Below are positions 25,207 to 36,104 of a stretch of 64,000 nt of DNA, in pieces. Source of the stretch: the human T2T-CHM13v2.0 reference genome, Homo sapiens. A program made the translations under genes and the position numbers. The notes beneath the pieces are model-generated. The model saw nothing but the letters and a program-made list of their open reading frames with translations, had not been told where the DNA came from and did no database searches. Each line of letters opens with the position of its first letter. Positions within the stretch are counted from its first letter, which is position 1. The DNA lies in NCBI RefSeq assembly GCF_009914755.1, contig NC_060927.1, one strand, 5' to 3'.

Positions 25207-27684
25207 TATAAGAGTTAAAGGAATGGAACTTCCATATCTCTGGCCAGGTGATCCCTAGTGCAATGCTTCTGGTTGTTGGCTCATGGAAGGCCTCTTTGAA
25301 AAGAAACAGATGGCAAGTAATTGAGAGCTCATTGGCCAGAAGTGGCATATAGGAGTTGTTAGTCATGTTAGAAATGAGCATTCTGTGGATTGGAAGCTCC
25401 ACCTGTCATCTCCTAAATAGGGGTAGAAAATATATCTTCTGTTTTTTTTTCTTGTGAAAACTGAAGCCAACTTACTTTTGTTTATTGCATTGCTTTGTAG
25501 TTAAAATGTATTTATTTCAATAATTTCCTGGCAAGAAGTATTATTCTTCAAAAGTTTGATTACTTTCTTCAATGATGTGAACTTATTCTTAAAATCCATA
25601 TAATGTAAAAGAAGCCAAAGTAGAGAGTGATGAAAATGTCAGTTGTCGTAACAGAATTTATGGCTTTGGTTTTAATACTAGGAGTGTTTTGCAAATATCT
25701 TGTCTCTTATCTTGTGCACACAGTGGCTCTTATTCAGCTGAGAGAGAGGTTAAGTGAGAAATGAGTTGGCTCGCCAAGGATAGATTTGTTCCACCCACCC
25801 CCAGCCCCCAACACACATATACACTCACACACACATACTCTGATGTTAATTTGATTTGAAAAAATATCAGAAAACATCATCATCAATTTCTCCTCTTGCA
25901 AAAATGATTATTCTTGCTTGACTGCCCTCTGCTGGAATTCCTGAAATACACACTTTGCCTCTACTTACAGGGACAAGTTGTAGGTGGTATGTAACTTAAT
26001 GTGAGCAATCTTTTCAAGACGTAGTATGTGAAGAAGCCCAAGTACTCAAGAATAGAAATAAAACTGAGTTAAGCATTAAATGCTGTGGTCAAGTGTTGAT
26101 TTAATTAACCATGAAAAATAGCCAGGTTTTGAATGGATCAAAGAAAACAATTATACCTAATGGGTGAACTGAAAACAATTGACTATTACTGAAAAAGAAG
26201 AATGCTTTAATTAAACTAAAAGTTATATCTAATGTTAAATGAGGTGGTTAGAAAAGCTCCACAAAAAAGCTGCTTAACTGCTGAGTATAATATGAGAGAT
26301 CAGAAAGAGCGCTTAAATGTTTGTAATAAAAAATGCCACCTTATTAAAATTGTATCACTATTATTTTAAACTATCGCGAGCCTTTTCTCTGTTCTGTAGC
26401 TAAGCCGTCACACTTAAGACTATTCATTTACTTGTTTAAAATATTTAGATTTTTCATTTATTGCTGATAACAATTTATTGCTTATTGCTGATACAGAGAT
26501 AGTGCTTTTTTCTACTTAATTAGATTATTTTTTGTTTTATTTAGAGAGAATTATTTTAGAGATAATAATGATTGCAATATCTCAGACCTTTATAATGTAC
26601 TAGGTTAGCATATACTTTTCTCCATACTTGTAAGGCTCTCTGGAGTTAGAAGAATGCAGAGCAGTTGTCAAGCAGGTTGAGTTGGTGGCGAATTGGTGCT
26701 GTGAGACTCACACTTGAAGAGTATCACGGTGGAATATTTTTTACTATAAAGATCAAATCCTTCATCTGAGGAATTTGAGCTAGTAAATGGAACAGACTTC
26801 CGTCGGCGCATTTGCTGATCAAAGTCTAACCCTTTATTTTATTCACCATCTCCTTTTTATGTCATTGTCTATGTAAGAAATGAACAAGGGGATTAGAGAA
26901 GAAGGGAGGGAGGGGGAAGATAAAGAAAAGCCAAAGATTTAATAGAAAGGAGAAGAGCAAAAGATCTCCCGCCACCATTTTGTTTCATTCTTATGCCTCA
27001 TATGGATTAAAACATGTAAAATTAAACTAGTAAAGTGCCAAGTTTTCCTAATTCAAGACACGGATTCTGCATCATTGAACGTTACAACTTAAGTATACAA
27101 TAAGGACGGGACCTTCTTAGAAACAATGTTAAGTGGTTATGGACATTAATTCTTTTGCAGTAAAAGCTGATAACTATACAAGTAAGTCACTTTTCCTATT
27201 GTAAAAATGACTGTTATATGTTTTAAACTGAGGCACCAGGGGAAAGTAACGAGATTATAGAAACTTCCTTACTTCACCAGACTAAACGCACTCTATTCCA
27301 GCACCATCTCCCAGACCAGCAAACCTACAGCTATCATATTTCTTTCCCATACTGATTTGAAAGGAAAATCTGAAGGCAGACTAGGATGGTAGACATAGAA
27401 TTTGATTTAACATTGTGAGTGTCATAAGTTGAATGCTTAATCATTGAATTTTTGAATGAGATATAACAATTGAACACTTCTCAGAGTAAGTTATGATAAA
27501 ACATCATAATATAAATGGAAAAAAATTCATATTTTGGAAAAGTTTGTATGTGCTAAGCTTTTTGGAATTATGCATTTATATTTCAGAGTGAGAATATTAA
27601 AATATTATTTAGTCTAATATAATTCTAAATGAAGAAGCCCTATTTTATTAAGGGAGAAATATTAGCAGAGCATACATGTAATGA

Positions 27685-27912
27685 ATAGCTATCATGTTTT
27701 GCATTATGAACTATCCCGTCACTGTGCTAATTATTTTACCAGCATTCTACCATTTAATTTTTTAAAACTCTATATGAGGTAGGTACTTAACCATCCCTGT
27801 ATTACAGATAAGAAAACTCAGCCTCAGAGGCCCAAGGTCAGAGAGACACGAAGTGCTAAGATGGAAACTGTAATCCTGGGTTTTCTGACTTTAAGGGCAA
27901 AACCCTTAAAGA
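27685..27912 (-). mobile_element. MIR
   Basis: cactgtgcta...tgaggtaggtact...ttacagataagaaaactcagcctcagaggcccaaggtca. Confidence 0.75.
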
Positions 27913-28769
27913 CGTATTGCATCAGTGATGTCATCATTTTCTCTTTGAAAACCCCTGTAGTCTCCTTGTGAGTCATCATCCTGGTTGTAGACAAGGCATA
28001 AGCAGAACTCTGATCTCTTTAAGTACTTGGTAAATGGGAGTTCTTGGGTTCTTTTAATACATTGGCTAACTGAATGCAGTCACATCCGACATTTCTAGAT
28101 TACCAATTTTCAAAGAATTATAAGAAATTAGACATACTACTGAACCACTATGGAAAGGAATTTTTATCCTCTTTGGATAAATTTCTGTTGTCTCTGGGCC
28201 GTCATCTTTGTTCATGTTTCCAGAAACCTATTCTGGGGAAATGATCTGACAGACAGCCTGCTCCCAGAGCAACAAGCCCCTTCCCCACTCTCATCTCGCT
28301 GCAGCATCTGCATTGGGCATGAGCCCGGATCCATATTTACGAGACATATGTAGACACTTTTCCCTTTCTTGGCAAATGCATAAATAGAATCCTAATGTCT
28401 ACATGTAGGTACTATATAAATACAAAGTTGTGCATACTCTGTGGATGTCATGCATCATTTATCCATGTATTTTTAGCGTCACCAACACATTTACATATGC
28501 TGTCACGTTTCAAACTGCACCTCAATATAGTGCCTTTTTCAACATGAACTCGGCTGCAGGCAACATCATTCTTTTAACATTTTCACCGCAAGTGAAGATC
28601 AAAGAGCAAGAACATAAATCCAAAAATAGGAGACAAATTTAAAATAGGTAACACTTTTCTGAGATGCTCTGAGGATACTACAGGATTACCTAGAGCAGAG
28701 GACTGAATCTTTTGCTATATAAATAGATCCATGTAATTATTTTAATGTACCTATTATGCTTGGATTTCC

Positions 28770-28960
28770 CGAGATGAATGTTTACACCTTGGCTGTTGTC
28801 TACAGGGGATAAAGATATGCAAACCATCATTTACAATTCTGTGTTAAATGCCTGTAAAGTGTGGTAGAAAAAAGGGAAGGATTCTTTAAATATACTTGAA
28901 GAAGTCAAAGTCTTTACTTGGGGAAATAACATTTGGATTGACTCTCGGATGATAAGTGGT
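28770..28960 (-). mobile_element. L2 fragment
   Basis: gtctacaggggataaagatatgcaaac...tacaattctgtgttaaatgc...aataacatttggattgactct. Confidence 0.4.
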
Positions 28961-29241
28961 GGTTTAGATTTTCTTTTGTATCAAACATTTAAAAAGTTAG
29001 AAATAAGTTGACCTAACAGATCAAGTCCAAGATTAAACATTAGAAATTAATTGATCTAATAGGTAAAGTCAAAGATGTTTGAATTTCTCAACAGGGATCA
29101 GTCTTTGGGAAAACTAGAAGTAGTAGATAATTTGCCTTTCTTTCCCTTGTGGAGCCCAGAACACGTATGTCTTTGACCTTATGTTTCTGGTGTTCTGCAT
29201 GTATAGAAAGTCTGTTTAGTAGGTTTATGGTAGAACCATAC

Positions 29242-29405
29242 CAATAGTTTTTAAAGCCTTTTCTCTTGAGAAGCAGAACAATTTATTAAATGAAACATTT
29301 CATGGAATACTAAGTATGAAACAGATAAAGGCAGAGACTGAGTCTGGTAGAAGTGAGGAATAGAAAAAAAAAGACCTACAAAGTACTTTTTGACAATCCC
29401 TGGAC
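29242..29405 (-). mobile_element. MER103C-like hAT-Charlie fragment
   Basis: gcagaac...aaatgaaacatttcatggaa...tatgaaacagataaaggcagag...ctggt. Confidence 0.55.
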
Positions 29406-29664
29406 TTGGTAAAAAAGTGTGTATGTGTGTATGTATGTATACACATGTGTATCTTTTTTTTACATCCCTGAATTGCTTCTTACCTACATATTCTGTATAA
29501 ATAACTGTTACTAATACAAGAAGCTTACTCTGATCTGTGAAATTTTGGTAACCCAGGAAAGATCTGCTTTTTTTTTTTTTTTTTCTCCAGTGGCTGCTTC
29601 AGTAACAAGTGTTATGTATGGGTTTCAACAGTGACTCTCAGAGTATAGAAAACATGTTAGATGG

Positions 29665-29795
29665 AGTTTATCAGGCTCATGTCCAGTAATATTGACAGCA
29701 TGGGGTCTGCGATAGAGCCCAAGTATCTATCTCTATGGTTGACATTGCACTCCAAGTAATTCTGATGCAAGGGTCTATAAGAGGCATGGACTAAC
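29665..29795. mobile_element. MER5A-like fragment
   Basis: ggtctgcgatagagcccaagtatct...ctccaagtaattctgatgca. Confidence 0.45.
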
Positions 29796-29927
29796 AGATA
29801 GACCATAGTAAAGACAAAGGGGAATGAAAAAATAAAATAATAGATTGAAAGGTAAAGAAGAATAGAAAACAGGGAAATGAAAGCATATGGTAATTGCAGA
29901 AAGCCAACAAAACTTGCCTAGTGGCAG

Positions 29928-30345
29928 AGAAGGAATATACCTCAAAATAACAAAGGCCATATACAGCAAACCCACAGCTAACATCATACTGAATGGGCAA
30001 AAATTGAAAGCCTTTCCTTTAAGAACTGGAACAAGACAAGGATGCCCACTTTCACCACTCTTATTCAACATAGTCTGGAAATCCTAGCCAGAGAATGAGG
30101 AAAGAGAAAGAAAGAAGAGGCATCCAAATGGAAGAAGAGAAAGTAAATTGGTCCCCTTCGCTGACAACATAATCTTATACCTAGAAAAACCTAAAGACTC
30201 ACACACACAAAAAAAACCCTCTTAAAACTGGTAAATGCATTCAGTAATGTTTCAGGGTACAACATCTACAGTCAAGAATCAGTAGCATTTCTATACACCA
30301 AAAAGAAATAGAGGAGGTAATCCCATTTACAATAACTATTAAAAT
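29928..30345 (+). mobile_element. Isolated internal LINE-1 ORF2 (RT domain) fragment
   Basis: Translation [41 protein letters not shown]. Confidence 0.92.
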
Positions 30346-30379
30346 AGAAGAGGACTATGTATGTGCATGAACATTTTTT

Positions 30380-31670
30380 GGGTGAACATGTTAAGGTTTT
30401 AGTACAAATTAACTTAGATATTTGATACAGTACTTTTCAAGAGTCATTTTAATTTGCAATGTCACTAGCACTGTTTGAGAATGTCCGTTTCCATGACCCT
30501 CATTAGCATGTGTGATTTATCTTTTTTTAAAGCTGTTTTTTACAGTTGTGTTATTGCATTGTCTGTGTGTGTGTGTGTGTGTGTGTGTGCATGACAGAGA
30601 GAGAGTGTGAATTATCTGTTTATGACGTTTTCCACACATGTATTGATATTTTCTTTTTATTTTACGTGAGCATTTAATATAGTATGAGCTGCAGATATAT
30701 TTCTAGCTTTTTTGTCTGTTTAGTTGAGTTATGGACTCTTAAAAAATGTATACATGTTTTTAATTTTCTTGAGATCTTATCTGTTGACATTCTCATTCCT
30801 CCCTGCCCCCTTTCCTCCTAATACTTAATATTTCTATCATTCCTACAATGTACAGCATATATAGTTTATATTTTGTTCTTTGCACATAATTCCTGCATTT
30901 ATTTCAGTTTTATTTCTACAATTAAACCTTTCCAGTGCCCACTAGTTGTCCTTTGGCCATAGTTTCCCCAATTATCTGTTAGGAGAAGTTAATCCTCTGG
31001 CAGTTTCATCAATAAAGGTTCATGGGAAAAATAAACCTGAGTTATTGATTGTTCAAAACTGTGTGTGTATTTGTGCATTTTAACAGCCTTATCCTTGAAG
31101 GGCAGTTTGGCTGGATATAAAAATCTTTGGATTACACTTTACTTCCTTGAGTATATTGTAGATGCTGCTCAACAAAGCTCTTTTGTTTTGTTTTGTGGTT
31201 AAAAGTGTCAATGTGAAGAAATTCAAGGCCAACTTTATTTCTTCCCTCTTTAACAAGCGGCTTGAACTTTTTCTCTTACTACCCCAAAGATTCCTTTTTA
31301 AAAATTCTATCTTTAAAATGCAAGACATTCACTAAGATTTGTGTTGGTGTAAGCTGGTTCTGGCTAGTGTTCTGTGGTATACAGCATGTTCTTCTTTTAA
31401 GGAAGTTCAAGTCTTATTTATTTTATCCAGGACATTTTTCTTGCATTAAATCTTTACCTTAATTTCCTATTGTTGTAATCTTCTTTTGCAGGACTCTGAA
31501 AATGCAGATGGTACATCTCCTTTTCCTACATTCTACACCTTTTATGTTTTTAATCTGAGCTTTATTTCCCCTTACTGTAGTTTGTTTTCTCTCTATCTTC
31601 CATATCTCTTACTATTTTTTCCACAGTGCCTGTTTTCCCTTATATTCCTTCTAATTTCATGTTCGTTTCT
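30380..31670 (-). mobile_element. Very old L1ME/HAL1-type fragments
   Basis: gggcagtttggctggatataaaaatctttggattacac is a reverse ORF1 motif; T-rich strand bias. Confidence 0.5.
30565..30589. repeat. (TG)n microsatellite
   Basis: Read directly from the sequence. Confidence 0.9.
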
Positions 31671-31674
31671 ACTA

Positions 31675-33435
31675 TAAATCCCGCATCTCTTTCAATGAGA
31701 TCGTGTTATCCATTTATAACGCACTCAGATTGTTTTGTCACATTATTTTTTTTTCTGGGATATCTTGATCTCACAAATATATTTTCTAAAATGTACATTT
31801 ATTAAGGTTCATTCTTTATGCTATAAAGTTCTATGGGTTTTCAAAAATACAATGTGTCATATATCCACCACTGCAATATCATACAGAATATTTTTGCCAT
31901 CCTAAAAGCACTTTCTTACTTTCTGGCATCATAAAATGCTCCATGCTTTTCTTAATACATTTCCTCCCTGAGTCCTGTTTCTCCAGGGAGTCCTGGTTGC
32001 TTTTATTGGCAAATGGTATTAAAAACCAATATCTGGGTACTAGTATTTCTCATTGCCATTGGAGTGTGTATATACACACACATATATATGTGTGTGTATA
32101 TGTGTGTATATATGTATCTATATGTGTATATATGTACACAAACATCCCAAATGTACACATATCCATAAATATTTCTATATGTCACAATCTGTACCTATAT
32201 TAGACTCAATATGAATTATGAATTTATTCTAATGTACCAAACTCTAATGACCACATGTATTATCAGAGCCTCCCCATTTCTTATCTGTAAACTCCTATTC
32301 CAGTAGTAAGAAACCTGACTACTCCTATTTGGAATCCATTTACTTGTTAAGTCCAGTGAACATTTATGTTTCAGAATTGTTAACCTGTACCCTTGCAGGA
32401 AACAACTTTTATCAACTAGAGTTCTGCAGTTAGGTGTAGTTTCTTTTGCCTCTTGTCTTACAGAACCCACTCAGTTCTAAAGTTACTCTGAGCAGTATCT
32501 TTCCTCCCATCCTCTTCAGTGAGGTAGTTTTATACATTTGTAATGCACTGATTGTTTTGTCACTTTCTTCAATTTTTTGGGAGATTTCTTGACCTCCTAT
32601 TTTTTAAAATTTACATATATTAAAATTCCTCCCTTGTGCTGTAAAGTTCTATGGGTACTTATATATTGATTATTACAGTATCATACAGAATATTTTTGCC
32701 AGCTTAAAAATTGTTTGTGCTTTACCTTTTCAATCCTCCTTGTCTCTCTTCAAAGACCTGGAAAACTCTGATCTTATATTTTGCTTTTTTCCAAAGTGTG
32801 ATGTAATTGGAATTATGTAGTATATAGCCTTTTTGCGTTGGCTTCATTAAACTTATTAACGTATATTGGTGATTCTTCCATGTCTGTTTTTTTGTTTTGT
32901 TTCGTTTGTGTTTTTATGTTTTTTTTTTTTTTTTTTTGCCTAATAGCTTATTTCTTTTTATCACTGAATAATATTCCACAGTATGGATACACCACTGTTT
33001 GTTTATTAATTCTCCAATGAAGGACATCTTGGTGGTTACCATGTTTTAGCAATTGTAAATAATCTGTCATAAAAATTTATGTGCAAGCTTTTGTGTGGAC
33101 ATAACTTTTCAAATCAATTGGTTAACACAATTGCTGAATCATATGGTAAGACTGTTTTTAGCTTTGTAGGAAGCTGCTGAACTGTTTTTAAAAGTGATTG
33201 TACCATTTTTCATTCCCATGAGTAATATAGTGGAGCTCTGTTGCTCCATTTCCTTTTCAGGAATTGTGCTCCTATTATATTTTGAATTATAGCCATTCTA
33301 ATATATGTGTAGTGTTTCTTTTCATTGTTTTAATTTGCATTTTCTTAGTGACAAATGAGGTTGAGCATATTTTTATATTCTTATTTGTCATCCGTATATT
33401 TTCTTTACTGAGGTTTCCGTTCGTACTTTTGCTCA
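31675..33435 (-). mobile_element. L1MD-type 3' UTR/ORF2 end (contains an internal ~230-bp duplication)
   Basis: Collinear with the L1MD copy at 11595-13080 (ctgtaaagttctatgg, cagtatcatacagaata, tcactgaataatattcc). Confidence 0.82.
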
Positions 33436-33454
33436 TTTATCCTTTGAGTTCCAA

Positions 33455-34315
33455 AAAAATTGTATGGATATATAATTGTACATATTTATGGAGTATCTGT
33501 GGTGTTTTGGCAAATTCATACAGTAAGCAATGATTAAATCCGGGTAATTGAGATATCTTTCCATCACCTCAAACAGTTATCATTTATTTGTGTTAAGAAC
33601 ACAAATCTTTTCTTCCAACTACTTTGAAGTATACAATAAATTACGGACAACTATAGTCACCCTATTGTGGTATCAAACACTAGAACTTATTCTTTCTATC
33701 TAATTAAATGTTTTATACCCATTAATCAATCTTTTTTTACCCATCTTTTCCCCCATCTTTCCTAGCCTCTGGTAACTATCATTCTACTCTCTACCTTCAT
33801 GAGATGAATTTTTAAATTTTTTAAAAATTTTTTAATTGAAAACATCAACTTAAAACAAAGAGATCAACTTTTTTAGCTTCCACATATGAGTGAGAACATG
33901 TGATATTTGTCTTTCTGTGCCTGGCTTTTTTCATTTAACCTAATGTCCTCCAGGCTTATCCATGTTGCTGCAAATGACAGGATTTCATCATTTTTTATGG
34001 CTGAATTATATTCCATTTTGCATGTATACTACATTTTCTTTATTCATTCATCTGTTGATGAACATTTAGGTGGATTCCATAGCTTGACTATTGTGAACAG
34101 TGATGTATTAATCATCGGAAAGCATATATTTCTTTGACTTACTGATTTCCTTTCTTTTGGATATATACCTTGTAGTGAGATTGCTGGCTTACAAGATAGT
34201 TCTATTTTTAGACTTTTGAGGAAATTTCATAGTGTTTTTCATAATGGCTGTACTAATTTAATTCCCACTAACAGTGTACTAGAGTCCCCCTTTCTCCGTA
34301 TCCTTGCCAGTGTCT
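33455..34315 (-). mobile_element. L1MA-type 3' end nested in L1MD
   Basis: tgtacatatttatgg...catcacctcaaac...cacatatgagtgagaacatg...catgttgctgcaaatgacaggatttca. Confidence 0.85.
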
Positions 34316-34344
34316 GTCTTTTGTTTGTTTTTGTTTTTGTTTTT

Positions 34345-36100
34345 CTTCTTTTGTCTATTTGGTAATATTTTTGCCCATTTTAAAATTGGGTTTTTTTTTT
34401 TATTGTTGAGTTTGAAGAGTTTTTTATATTTTGGATACAAGTCTTCTATCAGATATGTTTTCTGCAAATATTTCTTCCAGTGTAGAATTTATCTTTTCAT
34501 TTTCTTAAGTGTCTTTTGCAGAGCAGAAATTTTTAATTTTAATAATAGTAAGTTCTAATTTAAAAATGTTTTCTTCAGGCAGTGCTTTTGTTATTATATC
34601 TGAAAACTCATCCTCAAATTCAAAGAACATAGATTTCATCCAATGTTTTCTTATTTACTTCAACAGAATCCAATAAGAATACTATACAGTTATTAGAATG
34701 ATATTTGTGAAGGTTTTTAATGACATTAAAAACATTTAATGTTAAACCAAATAATAGTAAATAAATAAAACTATATGAGCAGCATGATGTCAATTAAGTT
34801 AAAATGCACAGAGAAAGACTGTTAGGAAATATTCTAAAACATTAACAATGTGACTTGCCTGAGTGAAAAAAATTTGTAGATGGTCTTTATTTGCCATCTA
34901 TAATTTTCTATAGCTTTCAAATTTTTAATAACAAACTCAGAGCATTTAGATGTATGGTAAATTTTGAGTTGATATTTGTGTAAAGGTAAAATCTGTATCT
35001 AACTTTTTTTTGCGTATGGGCATCCATTTTCTAATGCCATTGACTGAAACATTATCCTCTCTCTATTGAATTGCCTTTGTGTCTTTGTCAAATATTGCTT
35101 TCCTGTATTTGTGTGGGTCTAATTCTGGGCTCTCTGTTATGTTCTGTTGATTTATGTGTTTATTCCTTCACCAACACCACACTGTCTTGATCACTGTAGT
35201 TTTATAGTAAGTTTGAAATTTGGGTAGTTTGAGTCCTCCAACTTTAGTCTTCAATATTATATTGGCTACCCTAGGTAATTTGCATTTCTGTATGAACTTT
35301 AGAATTATTGTCAATATCTACAAAATATCTTGCTGTAATTTTGATTGAATTGTGTTGAAACTGTAGATTGATTCTTCTGGTAAGAATTAACATTGAGTCT
35401 TCCAATCCATGAACACAGCACATCTTCCCATTTATGTAGATTTTCTTTGATTTTTTTAAATTAAAGTTTTCTATACACAGACTTGTATGTATTTTGTTAG
35501 ATTTATACCTCAGTATTTTATTTTTTGGTGCTATTATAAATGTCTATTTTAAATATAAATTATATTATTTGTAATCTTTCTAACTCCAATTATTTGAAAG
35601 CCATTGCTTTTATATAGGAAAGCAATTGATTTTTGTATATTAACGCTGTATCCTACAGCTTCACTATATTCACTTAGTTCCAGAACTGTTTTGGTGGAAT
35701 CTTTGGGATTTTCTCGATAGACAATCATGTCATCTGTGAGTAAAGACAGTTTTATTTCTTCCCTTCATGACTTTTAATATCAGAAAATCAAAAAATTCTG
35801 GAGCATGACAGGAAAAAAATTTTTTAAATTCTCTCAAAATGCTTGTTGTTATTAATGATAATTCTTTGAAATTTTCTGTAAGACAATTATGTCATCTGCC
35901 AACCAAAGCAGTTTAATTTTTTTTCCGTACCTGTATTACTTTTATATTCTTTTTTTTTTTGCCATGTTGCACTACCTAGGACTTCATCTATGATGTTGAA
36001 TAAGAGGAATCAGAGAGAAGATGTTGCACTGTTCCTGATCTTAGGGGAAAAGAGCCCAGTTTCTTGTAATTAAGTATTGTGTTAGCTACAAGTATTTGTA
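34345..36100 (-). mobile_element. Old L1 (L1MC/MD) ORF2 continuation, interrupted at ~34655-34940
   Basis: Reverse ORF2 motifs (DLYPKYKKLFKLNNKK...KWAK; caatcatgtcatctg; tccaatccatgaaca). Confidence 0.8.
34655..34940 (+). mobile_element. L1ME4a-like 3' fragment in opposite orientation
   Basis: gcacagagaaaagactgttaggaaatattctaaaacattaacaatg...aattttctatagctttcaaattttt. Confidence 0.5.
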
Positions 36101-36104
36101 GATT

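Noticed and set aside
25766-25777. TTGGCtcGCCAA as an NFI site
   Set aside because: NFI needs a 5-bp spacer; this has 2
26635-26717. Possible coding exon reading SLELEECRAVVKQ...
   Set aside because: Weak acceptor and donor, early stop, and no recognisable protein match
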